Shown: one piece after another, positions 49,767-59,826 of the stretch
Layout of the letters: each line of letters starts with the position of its first letter
Position numbering within the stretch: the stretch's first letter is position 1
The notes under the pieces: generated by a model
Seen by the model: the letters and a program-made list of their open reading frames with translations, nothing else
Databases searched by the model: none
Told to the model about the DNA's origin: nothing
IMG/VR virus record: IMGVR_UViG_3300046008_000242
Span: 1 to 64,000 of that record
DNA length: 64,000 nt
DNA from: a virus
Taxonomy: Duplodnaviria > Heunggongvirae > Uroviricota > Caudoviricetes
Reading direction: 5' to 3' (one strand)
Made by a program: the position numbers and the translations under genes

Positions 49767-50801
49767 TTATTCTCCTTATAGTTTAATGGAAATAAAACAT
49801 TCAAAATTCTTCTATAGACTAATGTGATGTTGATTGCCAATCTTGGATTTTTGTTAATAACTTTATTACATAAAGTGTCGAAACTAGATGTATGTAATGC
49901 ATGAGATAATATACTATTCATTGAATTGATATTACCTTGTTTTAATTTTTTATTGAATTTGTATAAAGAATGTTTCCTAATCAATCGAAATGATTTCTTT
50001 GCTCTATATCCCACAAAATTTATACCATTTGACGTCTTTGAAATATTGAATTTCGATAATTCTAGATTCAATTCTGCTCGTATGAATTTCTCAATCAATT
50101 CTTTACATATACGGGATTGTTCCTTAGACAAATTAAATAAAACAAAATCGTCTACATATCTAACGTACATTTTTATTTTTAATACTCGTTTGATATAATG
50201 GTCAACTGGATTCAAATATATCAAAGCAAACACTTGTGATAATAAATTTCCAATTGGAATCCCAACTCTATCTGGATAGACGATAAACAATTTAATAACA
50301 TCCATCAATCGCTTATCTTTAATCTTATTTTCTATCTGTCTAGTTAAAATATCTCTATCTATTCTATAAAAGAATTTCCTAATATCTAACTGGAGGAAAT
50401 AATTATCGTCTTCAGATTTCCTAAGATACTCTTGAACTTTATCCGCAGCTCTATGAGTTCCTTTACCAACTCCTACAACCATAATTATGGTATATGAATG
50501 TAGAATCAAAAATCGGATATATCACTAGATATATTGCATGTTGAATTATAGTGTCCCTGAAATGTGGTGCAAATATAATTCGTTCTTTTGGTTCATGGAC
50601 AATAAATTGTTTATACTCTCTTGGGATATAAATGCCTGAATGTATCTCATGATGTAATTGAATAATATTGGAACCTAAATTCCTTTCAAAATCCACCACC
50701 ATTTTTTTATTTCTTTTACCACGTTTTGCCCGATAAAATGCATTGAACAATGCGTCAACACTGAAACATTGTTCAAACAAGTTTTTGTATGTCTTAGTCA
50801 T
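49706..50801 (-). pseudogene. DGR reverse transcriptase, split by 1-bp insertion near 50472 (~364 aa if joined)
   Basis: EPKERIIFAPHFRD, YGCR/GKGTHRA junction, LQLDIRKFF, GIPIGNLLSQ, RYVDD, INFVGY. Confidence 0.93.
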
Positions 50802-50925
50802 TTAGATTTTCAATTTTCATTACTTAAATAAATGACGTTTGCCAGGTTCGCCATTATGCAGGATAATACACCCCTATTTCTTTTCATTCAGTTCCCTTAA
50901 AGGTCTTCAGCATATTACATTTAGA

Positions 50926-51040
50926 TATAGTCGGAGCGAAAACCAACATTGTTGTTGTCATTCGAACGATAGTTGTTCCAGTTACGATAGAAGACTCCAT
51001 CATTAGTGGATTCGTTCCAATTACCAGAAGCTATCGGATA
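50926..51040 (-). repeat. DGR template repeat (TR)
   Basis: AAC/AAT-rich copy of VR, offset 589 bp. Confidence 0.96.
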
Positions 51041-51051
51041 CATTAAATGCA

Positions 51052-51453
51052 TTACCCTTTTGAATTAGTTTGGTTAATATAAAACCCTATCAATCGTCCA
51101 ATTTCATCCACCATCAATGAAATCCTAGAATAAATTCTAATCGCTTCTGAATCAGTTCTTCCTGTCTTACCGTTTTTATAATGAAAGTATCCCATTTTAA
51201 ATGAGATATTGATAATGCATCGTAATTGTTCGTGTCTGACGTCCAATTTAGTCAAACTTGTTTTATTTTGATACCTTTTCTCACATTCGATTATACCACA
51301 AAGAACGTCATACGCAGATGTCCTAATTTGAGATTGTATTCCATATTTTTCAAAAGATGGGAAATTCGATAACGCGGTATTTAACATAATTATCAAATCT
51401 TCTGTTTTATTGTATAAAATTGATGTGGTTTTATTATTAACTTGTTTATTCAT
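51052..51453 (-). CDS. avd: DGR accessory variability determinant Avd
   Basis: FPSFEKYGIQSQIR, KTSLTKLDVRHEQLR, VDEIGRLIG four-helix-bundle pattern; between target and TR. Confidence 0.9.
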   Translation of the reverse strand: MNKQVNNKTTSILYNKTEDLIIMLNTALSNFPSFEKYGIQSQIRTSAYDVLCGIIECEKRYQNKTSLTKLDVRHEQLRCIINISFKMGYFHYKNGKTGRTDSEAIRIYSRISLMVDEIGRLIGFYINQTNSKG

Positions 51454-51478
51454 ATTTATTTATGATTCAAATAATTCA

Positions 51479-51500
51479 TGGTGATACTATCGCATCACCA
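51479..51500 (-). promoter_or_regulatory. DGR target-recognition hairpin downstream of VR
   Basis: TGGTGATGC-GATA-GTATCACCA, GRNA-type loop, 9 bp after target stop codon. Confidence 0.75.
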
Positions 51501-51509
51501 AACATTTCA

Positions 51510-53585
51510 CTAATAACAGGCGGAGCGAAAACCAACATAGCCGTAGCCATACGAACGATAGTAGTCCCAGCGACGATAGAAGACTCCATCAGAAGTGGAG
51601 CCGTCCCAACTACCAGAAGCCACCGGAAATTGATTAGCTATTGTATAATGGTAATGGTAATCTGAGCCAAATAAATTGGTGCCACCAGCACTTTCGCCAG
51701 TAGACAATGGATATCCTGCACATGTTTTTAGATAATTGGTTTTTGACGCGGAAGCTGTTGCGTTACTTGTACTTATATCAGATGAAAATACTTGATTTGT
51801 TCCATTACCAAAAAGTAATCCAGATCCAGTTGGTGAAGACATAAATCCACTAATCAACTCATAATTGTTGGCTAATCCTGTTGCATTACCCCAAGCATCT
51901 GTTGACCCATTCCAACCTCCAGTTAAGTTGGCTAATGATGCGGAATGTTTTAATACATATTGGTCACCATTAGCAATATTTGATGTATCTGTCGAGGATG
52001 TACCTGCTGCAGTAATACCTAATACCGCTTGATAGATACAACCATTCAAATCGGCAACCCCGCACGATTGTCCATTATGAGTGGTCTTTGCGAATGGAGA
52101 TCCGCTTCCTGTATTCGGTTTATTGGTGGCAGATTCACCTGTTGCTTGCGTATAGATAACCGTCGTATCATTTGTGTCGCGTAATGCATTATTGTTACAA
52201 CCCTTTGGGAAATTGTATGTTGCATCGTACCAAGCACAATATGTCGTTGTTGTGCTTGCCTGCGCATGAGCCAAAGAAAGCATCGCCAATGCGTTGTACA
52301 TGAATATAGACGCAACATTGAATACACCAACACCTCTGGATCTAGATAATACCACAGCATCTGCCAAAATACCAGTGCATCCCGTCATTGCGCTCGAATT
52401 GACATACGATGCAGATGTTGTCAAAGAAATAGGAGCTACATTGGCAACTGATTTACAAGAAGTGGCACCATTTTTACTTGCCAGATACTTGTCGATGAAG
52501 AACCCAGATTTTGTTGCACCACCATCAACGAATGCTCTATGTAGGGCAAATCCTGCAGTATTGGCAGCTGCTTCAGTTGAATATGTGTCGGCTGAAACAA
52601 TATCAATTGCATTGTTCCCATAAGTTGCGTACCGAGTCGACGAAGTGGATCCAATTCTATAATAGAATTTTGGTATCCAACACATAATTGAACCGTCTGA
52701 ATACGTATAATTACCAAAATTGGAAGATGTTGGATCCGCCGACCCAGTTAATGCACTCATACCTGATGGTAATGTAGTTGGATAAGCAGCTACACCAAAT
52801 CCTTGAGATCCTGGAATAAAATTATCTGTAACACATAATACCGAAATAGTTACAGGCGAACTGACATTACCTAGACTATCGATGGCAACAACCGTGAACG
52901 ATAATGTGGCTTGAGAACCTAATGCAGGAGCAGTAAATGTAATAGATTCATTTAATATGATACCCGATGTCTTGCTGAATCCAGAATACTGACTACCACC
53001 AGTTGTCGGAGTAATGGTAAAGGTAATAGGTGTATTTCCTTCAACATCCGTTACTCCAGAAAATACAATGGTATTATTTGTTGTATTTTGCATGGTTTTC
53101 CATGTAGAAGAGCTTGCTCCATTTATGGTTACATTAGATGTAGAAAACGATGGAGCAGTATTGGATGTTGTATTGGCTGTCTTAGAAACTGTTCTGGATT
53201 TATTACCAAGAGAATCAACTGCGATGATAGAAATCGCAATATTACTTGATGCAATGTTGGCCGGAGCAGTCAACGTGACAGTTGCTGAATTGGATGTTGC
53301 TGTTACATTACTGGTGATCCCATTATACGTAACAATGAAACGGTTAATAGAACCGCCAGACAATGATGACGCGGATGAAACTGTGAATGAGAATGGAGTA
53401 TTGACTGCATATCCTGTTCCTAAGATATAAGATGGAGCAGATAACACCAATACAGATTCATCCCAGACTCCATCACCTCTCAATGTTTTTGTTATATCTG
53501 GAGTGCCTGTTCCCAGTTTAGACGTTGGAACAATACCTACGATAGCGTTTGGATCTAAATTTGATATTTGTCTTGCTTTAGACAT
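51510..53585 (-). CDS. DGR target: fibre/adhesin-like protein with C-terminal C-type-lectin-fold variable domain
   Basis: N-terminal KLGTGTPD..LRGDG.W fibre motif, Ser/Thr-rich beta repeats, FFIDKY, VADLNG, ends VGFRSACY. Confidence 0.9.
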   Translation of the reverse strand: MSKARQISNLDPNAIVGIVPTSKLGTGTPDITKTLRGDGVWDESVLVLSAPSYILGTGYAVNTPFSFTVSSASSLSGGSINRFIVTYNGITSNVTATSNSATVTLTAPANIASSNIAISIIAVDSLGNKSRTVSKTANTTSNTAPSFSTSNVTINGASSSTWKTMQNTTNNTIVFSGVTDVEGNTPITFTITPTTGGSQYSGFSKTSGIILNESITFTAPALGSQATLSFTVVAIDSLGNVSSPVTISVLCVTDNFIPGSQGFGVAAYPTTLPSGMSALTGSADPTSSNFGNYTYSDGSIMCWIPKFYYRIGSTSSTRYATYGNNAIDIVSADTYSTEAAANTAGFALHRAFVDGGATKSGFFIDKYLASKNGATSCKSVANVAPISLTTSASYVNSSAMTGCTGILADAVVLSRSRGVGVFNVASIFMYNALAMLSLAHAQASTTTTYCAWYDATYNFPKGCNNNALRDTNDTTVIYTQATGESATNKPNTGSGSPFAKTTHNGQSCGVADLNGCIYQAVLGITAAGTSSTDTSNIANGDQYVLKHSASLANLTGGWNGSTDAWGNATGLANNYELISGFMSSPTGSGLLFGNGTNQVFSSDISTSNATASASKTNYLKTCAGYPLSTGESAGGTNLFGSDYHYHYTIANQFPVASGSWDGSTSDGVFYRRWDYYRSYGYGYVGFRSACY
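51515..51629 (-). repeat. DGR variable repeat (VR)
   Basis: About 20-22 mismatches to TR, all at TR adenines. Confidence 0.96.
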
Positions 53586-53599
53586 TATATTTCCTTATG

Positions 53600-53941
53600 T
53601 TATTTGGTTAATGTAACAACACCTGTTGGAGTCACATAATCAATGTTGGCATCTGCTGCAGTCAATGAGTTTACCCCATTACCTTTAACTAATCCATTGA
53701 TGATACCGATTGGAGTTTGATACGCATTGGATGCCGTATAGGCGGCGGAACCTAATGTCCCACCACCACCTATATTCAACGTAGAGTTATCGGTTCCAGA
53801 TAAAGAGATGGAATTATTAACTGTTAATGTTTTGGATGTTGTCCCAGATGAAATAGAAAATCCAGTAGCCAATGACGTTAAGAATTTACCTATTGATTTT
53901 GCTTTACTAGCCATATATGATTGTCCTAATATTAGAATCAT
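53600..53941 (-). CDS. Short tail-fibre-like protein or fragment (probable start MASKAK)
   Basis: GTLGSAAYT, GLVKGNG, DYVTP motifs shared with 57417-58961. Confidence 0.6.
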   Translation of the reverse strand: MILILGQSYMASKAKSIGKFLTSLATGFSISSGTTSKTLTVNNSISLSGTDNSTLNIGGGGTLGSAAYTASNAYQTPIGIINGLVKGNGVNSLTAADANIDYVTPTGVVTLTK

Positions 53942-54044
53942 AAAGATTTATTAATTGTATTATGTTTATTTACATGTTTTAATGGTGTTGTAGTTCATAA
54001 AGAATGTATTAAGATAATTTTTCATCGTATGGTGGTTACAAAAT

Positions 54045-54455
54045 TTACCATGAAATGACAAAACTCCTGTTTTCTATGGGGATTGAATAACGTCTAGTTT
54101 CAATTGGGACAACATAACGGCGCAAATCGGACGGTAAAAAATCAGAAGTGAAGTAACTTACAACTACATTAACCCCAATCACCCTTTCAAGTGAAAAGAT
54201 TTGCGTTGGGTCAGCAAGTAACGCATTCGTTTCTGCAATCGACAAAACTCTGTTAAAAACAAAGTTCCAATATTGCTTACCGTTTAAGGTTGTAGACCCT
54301 ATTCCAGTCGAAATAACAGTCGTGTTTATGCCGTACTGTAATTTGTTGGAAACACAATCAAAGAAAGCGTTTCCAACTGGAATTATTGCAGACGTTAGTC
54401 CCCTTGTTATTGGGTTTTGCCAAGCTATTCTTTTACCACTCGTTGCTGTATTCAT
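54045..54455 (-). CDS. Hypothetical protein with LamG-like C-terminal motif
   Basis: FVFNRVLSIAE..AL. Confidence 0.5.
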   Translation of the reverse strand: MNTATSGKRIAWQNPITRGLTSAIIPVGNAFFDCVSNKLQYGINTTVISTGIGSTTLNGKQYWNFVFNRVLSIAETNALLADPTQIFSLERVIGVNVVVSYFTSDFLPSDLRRYVVPIETRRYSIPIENRSFVISW

Positions 54456-54501
54456 TTGAGAGCTTTCATATTTTCACTTAACAAGAATCTCACCCTAAAT
54501 C

Positions 54502-56351
54502 CTACCGAGTGCTTAGAGTTATCTTAGGGATAGAGCCACCCACAACCCCACTATTTACCACAATCGACAATACATCTCCTTCATCAAAAACAATTCCGCG
54601 CGTTTCATTTGTAAAGAAACTTCCTGAGCCGACAGATGTCACGACATTGTTTGCCCAAGTGAGCGTAGCAAATGTAGTCCCGTTTCTTTTTAAATCCACT
54701 GTTCCACCTGTAGTTGGTGCAGTTGCAGATACCCCTGTGATTACGCCAACTACACAGAAGTTCGTAATTGCGTGGTTAATGGTTTGAGCAGAAAAGTCTA
54801 TATTTGAAAATGTCTTAGAAAAGTTCAAGTCTTGGTCGTTTTTCTGCGTCGCTGGTCTTGGTCTATAGAAAGCCACTTCTTGAGAAATCGAAGTTATAAA
54901 CGGATAACCCGCTGGCATGGATAGTATGCGAATGTTGTTACCGAAATTAGTTGGATTGCAGCTTGTTAACTTGAATGCCACAGTTCCATTATCAAAGTAT
55001 TCGCCCTGAGAGCCGCTAGTGTATTCAAGCGTTCCGTACTGGATACAAATATCATTTGTTGCAATTATATTATCGTAAGCTGATGCTACTACCCCTTCCT
55101 TAGTAGAAATATCCAAGTAAGAACCCTTCGCAGATGCAACTCTCACCCCTCTCAAAATTAAATTATATTTCGAGGCATCTTCAACAATTCTGGGGTATAA
55201 CAAGTACGGTGCTGTTGAGGGTGCTGAATTGGCAACACTTATAGCAGATTGACTTAACTTGCTAACAAACTTTTGCGTGGCTGGATGAATAGAAGGGACG
55301 CTTTCATAGTCACCAAGTAACAGAAGTAAGTTGTTTAAGAGTGTTCTCGACCCAACAACAGTCGGGTGCAAACAATCGCCCATGTACGACGTAACAACGC
55401 TTGGACATTTTTCAGGGTAAATTGCAGTGTCACCCCTTGTGTGTCAAAAACATAGCAGTTTGAAAACTTATTCTTTAGATTTCTATATGCTAATCGCAGA
55501 CTATCTGAACGCGCTTGACACTGAGCTAAAGTAGTACCAGCCCCTAAATAAGTTGTTACTGTTGCTGAGTCTAAGCACAAATGATTTGGCATCAGCAAGA
55601 TGATGTCTACCTTAGGTAATCTTTGCTTTAACGCTTGAATCGTATTGGCGATTGTTATTTCTAGCCGCGCTTGAGTAGTATTACCAAGTCTAACGTCATT
55701 GATTCCATAACCATAAACAATCAAATCTGGACTAAATTCAACAACTCGTTCAAACCCTGTATTTGTATTTGCTACACCTATCGAATCGAAAAACCCACTA
55801 GCACTTTGTCCATTGCCCCAAAACGCTCCGTTGGTAACTTTGTACATAGGGGTGGACGGAAATCTAGCCACAGAATTTTCATATCTATTGAAAGACATGG
55901 TTATAGTCAATCCAGTTCCATCCGTTAGGGTTGGGTTGATATAAGTAAGGTTTGTAACTGTCAGTGTAGTGGGTGATGGTGTTGAGCTGACAACATAATA
56001 AGAGTTAAGGGTGAACCCATTAACAGCTTGATTGACATACACTATTGTGCCTACTCTAGCGTTATGTGGAGTGATAGATGTCAATAACCCATTTGAGATA
56101 CTCGTTATGATTATACTATCTGGGGTATCTACGGTTACGTTTGTTTGGTCGCGTGTATCTAAGTCATTGATGCAGCGATTCATCGTCACTGAATCACCAA
56201 TCCACGCAATTTTTCTAGGTGTGTTGTTAGGAATTGCCAAGTATCGCTTTAACGCTATTTTGTAGTCATTAGATGGGTCGTCAGAAGTATTGCGAAGTGC
56301 TTTTAATGTCGCTATGTTTATCAAGGATTTATTCATTACACTTTCACCCAA
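54502..56351 (-). pseudogene. SGNH/GDSL hydrolase-domain tail-associated protein, frameshifted at 55433-55436
   Basis: WIGDS and YGINDV in 5' ORF; catalytic DCLHP in 3' ORF; one extra G in GGGG joins the frames. Confidence 0.8.
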
Positions 56352-56665
56352 TTGCTAACTGAGGTTAAATTTCCGTTTGTCCAAGTGAACGTCTGCGTGT
56401 AAGTATTTCCGTTGCTATCCACAAAAGTATCTGTAGCCATATTGCCTGACGCATCGTAAGTAAAGCTATGTGCGGCGATTCCAGTAGGGTCAATAAGCAA
56501 ACCGTCCGAAGCTACAACAGCATCTTCTCCACTCACAATTCTTTGCGTTGATACTGTTCCTGACGTTAAAGCCACACCTAAATCATTTTTTAAGATTAGC
56601 TTAGTGTAAGCTGGAACAAATCCTGTTGATGTTAAGGGTGTTTGAATTAACTGTGATGCACTCAT
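56336..56665 (-). CDS. Hypothetical structural protein (YD-like repeat)
   Basis: FTYDASGN...FTWTNGNLTSVSNW. Confidence 0.65.
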   Translation of the reverse strand: MSASQLIQTPLTSTGFVPAYTKLILKNDLGVALTSGTVSTQRIVSGEDAVVASDGLLIDPTGIAAHSFTYDASGNMATDTFVDSNGNTYTQTFTWTNGNLTSVSNWVKV

Positions 56666-56689
56666 TTAATTTCCATGTCGCTTAAAAGA

Positions 56690-57016
56690 TTATGTTGTTC
56701 GGTATTTAGCTATTTTGAAATAGCCTAAAATTTGAATCGGAATAAAAAGCAACGCACAACCAATAATGGCGACGGCGCTTGTTGTGAAAAGGTTGTCTGT
56801 TGTATCAATGTCATCATCATTCCACCAGGTTTCACGGCAATGATGCTTTTCAATCGGTGCAAATGTTGCGTCGATAATTTCTTGAATCAATCGCCATTCT
56901 TTGCGTGAGAACGCCATATAACCAACGTGACCGCTGATTGTGACATCGACTTCACCACCAGCGATTGTATTGAAAAACTGGTCGATTGAAATTAAAAGAT
57001 TAAGCCAGAATTTCAT
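56690..57016 (-). CDS. Conserved phage hypothetical protein
   Basis: LISIDQFFN...GG..D.TIS, HC motif. Confidence 0.7.
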   Translation of the reverse strand: MKFWLNLLISIDQFFNTIAGGEVDVTISGHVGYMAFSRKEWRLIQEIIDATFAPIEKHHCRETWWNDDDIDTTDNLFTTSAVAIIGCALLFIPIQILGYFKIAKYRTT

Positions 57017-57414
57017 AACACCAACGCATCACTAAAAAACAAATCCATATCTGAATCTGTCATTGATAACGCAGTTTGCAATGCTGAAACCAATGGATTA
57101 CTACGTTGAACTTCGGTGGCATATTCCCATTCGATTTGCGCGGCTTGTGACATCGTTGAAATTTGAGTATTAACCGCATCAAGTAAATCCATTGCTAAAA
57201 GTTGCAGCCGCGCTTGACGCATTGAAATTACAGTGATTACAGGAGATTCGATAATTTTCTTTGTAACAACGCCATTTTCATAATAATCACCAATTACCCC
57301 GCCTGTTAAATCTGCATCGGCAACAATGTAATCAGGAAACGCCTCCAGCACTTCTTCTACTGCTGATAAAACTGTATTTACAATAATGCCGTTTTCAATA
57401 ATATGTGTTTTCAT
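57013..57414 (-). CDS. Tail-fibre-associated protein
   Basis: ISMRQARLQL, IEWEYATEVQR..PLV, MD.FF..A. Confidence 0.7.
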   Translation of the reverse strand: MKTHIIENGIIVNTVLSAVEEVLEAFPDYIVADADLTGGVIGDYYENGVVTKKIIESPVITVISMRQARLQLLAMDLLDAVNTQISTMSQAAQIEWEYATEVQRSNPLVSALQTALSMTDSDMDLFFSDALVL

Positions 57415-57416
57415 TT

Positions 57417-58961
57417 TTAATACTCGATTATGATTAGACCTTGACCGCCGTTTTCACCTGCGGATACATTATTTCTCGATGCACCACCCCTCCCATAATA
57501 TGAGAATGGGATACCTGCCAAACCACCTACCGAATAAATAGAATTATCTAATAATCCAATACCCCCACTGAGATTAAGAATGTTACCGCCAGCCCCGACA
57601 CCGCCAGAACCAAGCCCATAAGTTGCACCTCCACCACCCGTTGCAGTAAGAGAGCTGAAAGTAGTTGTGCCGCCATCATTACCTGGTGAATTATTAAAAG
57701 CAGCAATACCAACTCCGCCTATGCCGATAACATACGGTATGACACTTCCAGGTGTAACGCTTAATATCGACACACTTACCCCTGCTCCAGCCCCACCTCG
57801 TTTATCTGGGTAGCTTGATGACTCTGACCTCGAACCACCGCCACCACCACCGCCTACGCAAGTTACTTTTATTTTAGTTACGTCAGCAGGTACTGTCCAT
57901 GACGTACCAGAAGTAAGTAAAACAACGGTTGGTGATGCTGAAATTGTAATATCTCCACTTCCCAACAGATGAACGCCGTTTATCGTTTTAATGGAAGTAC
58001 CAGAAACAAGAGGGGTTTGGTAATCCGTACCTGGAGCAGCTACTGAAAATGCCCCTGTGCCGTTTCCTTTTACTAGACCTGTTAATGTGCCTGCTCCTGT
58101 TCCACCTTTATTAACAGGCAGTGTTGTAAAGGTAGGTTCTTTTGTGTTGTCTACAATTGTGATATTAGCCGACCCGTTGAACGAAACACCGTTAATGTTT
58201 CTTGGCGTAGCCAATGTAGTGGCGGTTGCAACATTTCCCGACGGCGTAACGTAATCCGTCCCTGGTACAGCTATCGTAAGTGCGCCAGTTGTAGTTGTAT
58301 TTTTTAAAAGTCCTGTTGCTAAATTTGATGTTACGGGTGCGGATATATTTCCCGAACCTAAAATTGATTCACCATTGATTGTTTTGATATTTGTACCGGA
58401 AACTAGATTGTCTTGTTTATTGGATAGTAAAAAATCAGATTGAGATATAGAATACGTATTGGCTACATCAAATGTTGATGTATATACAATTTCTATATTA
58501 TCACCCACTGCTGCTCCAGAAGATAAAATGACGCTTGTTCCATTATCCGCAGAATAATCTAATACGTTTAATAATTTAACACCATTAAGATATACATCTA
58601 CAACAGAACTTCCGTAAGCAACATTGAATGTTGTTTGACCAGATGTTGCCGTGAAAATGAATCGTTGGATGGCATTATTTTTCCAAGAACCATCACCACT
58701 TAGATATTTGGATGAATCTGGGGTTCCAGTTCCCAATTTAGATAACGCAATGTTACCAGATAGAGCCAGACTGTCTAATAGAACCCAAGAACCATCGCCC
58801 CGTAAGAATTTAGTGGTATCAGCATCACCGGAACCTAATCTAGAAACATTAACTAATCCAGTTGAGATGTTTGATGCATTAAGATTAGATACACCCGACC
58901 CGTCGCCTAATAAGAAGGAACTAGAATTACCAAGTTTTTTGGTATTTCGTATTGAAGACAT
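57417..58961 (-). CDS. Tail fibre protein with Gly-rich C-terminal domain
   Basis: LRGDGSW repeats, FTATSGQTTF...VYLNGVKL, LATPRNINGVSFNGSANI, WTVP..V...KV..VGGGGGG...GLIIIEY. Confidence 0.85.
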   Translation of the reverse strand: MSSIRNTKKLGNSSSFLLGDGSGVSNLNASNISTGLVNVSRLGSGDADTTKFLRGDGSWVLLDSLALSGNIALSKLGTGTPDSSKYLSGDGSWKNNAIQRFIFTATSGQTTFNVAYGSSVVDVYLNGVKLLNVLDYSADNGTSVILSSGAAVGDNIEIVYTSTFDVANTYSISQSDFLLSNKQDNLVSGTNIKTINGESILGSGNISAPVTSNLATGLLKNTTTTGALTIAVPGTDYVTPSGNVATATTLATPRNINGVSFNGSANITIVDNTKEPTFTTLPVNKGGTGAGTLTGLVKGNGTGAFSVAAPGTDYQTPLVSGTSIKTINGVHLLGSGDITISASPTVVLLTSGTSWTVPADVTKIKVTCVGGGGGGGSRSESSSYPDKRGGAGAGVSVSILSVTPGSVIPYVIGIGGVGIAAFNNSPGNDGGTTTFSSLTATGGGGATYGLGSGGVGAGGNILNLSGGIGLLDNSIYSVGGLAGIPFSYYGRGGASRNNVSAGENGGQGLIIIEY

Positions 58962-58973
58962 GATTTATTCCCT

Positions 58974-59309
58974 CTATGCAGGCATTTCTAAAATGGATAA
59001 AATTGCGTCCAAAGAAGATACAGTGTTAGATCTAATCCTCAACGAATCTCCTGAAATTAGAACCAATTTTTGGTCACCACCAATAGGAATATCCGTTGAA
59101 CCAGTTGGTAAAGATGAATTTTTGAAAATATACGTATCCGTTGTTCCATCAAATAATGATAAATCTGCTAGGACAGTTCCTCCTGTTGTGTTTGAAATGG
59201 TCAAACCGATGACAGTGGTTGATGTATTAGGAGGTACGGTGTACGAACCGATTGGAGTAGTGGAAGTACCCACGTTCCGAGAAAGTTTTCTTGTGAATGT
59301 ATTAGCCAT
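58974..59309 (-). CDS. Conserved virion structural protein
   Basis: MANTF, YTVP..T...VIGL.ISN, KLVL..GD, SILE. Confidence 0.75.
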   Translation of the reverse strand: MANTFTRKLSRNVGTSTTPIGSYTVPPNTSTTVIGLTISNTTGGTVLADLSLFDGTTDTYIFKNSSLPTGSTDIPIGGDQKLVLISGDSLRIRSNTVSSLDAILSILEMPA

Positions 59310-59312
59310 TGT

Positions 59313-59516
59313 TTATCCTAATGCTATTGCGTAAATTACTGGATCTTGGATGTTTAAAGCAACTTGCGCCGCAGCTAATGTCGTTGCTCCCGTACCACCA
59401 TTAGAAATAGATACCGTCCCTTCCAATTTATCATTATTTAGATTTTGGAAATTTTGGTCAATTTCAGCATTGGTTAATGGAGATCCCTTCACTAATCTAT
59501 ATGTTAAAGAACTCAT
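59313..59516 (-). CDS. Small fibre-N-terminus-like protein
   Basis: R..KGSPLTNAEID.NF.NLN motif. Confidence 0.7.
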   Translation of the reverse strand: MSSLTYRLVKGSPLTNAEIDQNFQNLNNDKLEGTVSISNGGTGATTLAAAQVALNIQDPVIYAIALG

Positions 59517-59566
59517 ATGTTATTCCTTTTAAAATGTATACAATTATTTAACATTCAAATACAACA

Positions 59567-59773
59567 TCATAGTTTATTGATAATGGTATGGAGTAGAGAT
59601 TTTATATCAGTCATCTCAGATTGTAATAATGAGACATCTTGTTTCAGAGAATTGACAATTTCCATATTTTGTCTTTCTTTTTTGAATTTAATCATTTCTT
59701 GTACATCAGTTTTGACTATGGCATTGGAATGAGGATCTCGTAACAGAGAATCATCATTTTTAACTTTTAACAT
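59567..59773 (-). CDS. Conserved small coiled-coil protein of T4-like phages
   Basis: MLKV....L.RD..SNAIV; DIKSLL. Confidence 0.7.
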   Translation of the reverse strand: MLKVKNDDSLLRDPHSNAIVKTDVQEMIKFKKERQNMEIVNSLKQDVSLLQSEMTDIKSLLHTIINKL

Positions 59774-59826
59774 AAAATACCTATGGATAAAATGGGATGC
59801 AATTATTATGCATCCCATTAGATTTA

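Larger units (their letters stand above)
49706..53585 (-). mobile_element. Diversity-generating retroelement (target-VR-hairpin-avd-TR-RT)
   Basis: All canonical components present; adenine-specific TR/VR mismatches. Confidence 0.97.

Noticed and set aside
49706-50801. Group II intron or retron RT
   Set aside because: The GNLLSQ motif, avd and A-specific TR/VR pair identify a DGR; no maturase domain or msr/msd structure is seen.
50948-50960. GTT microsatellite
   Set aside because: It is the AAC-codon tract of the DGR template repeat.
57417-58961. Second DGR target
   Set aside because: No other TR-like sequence was seen in this or other genes of the window.
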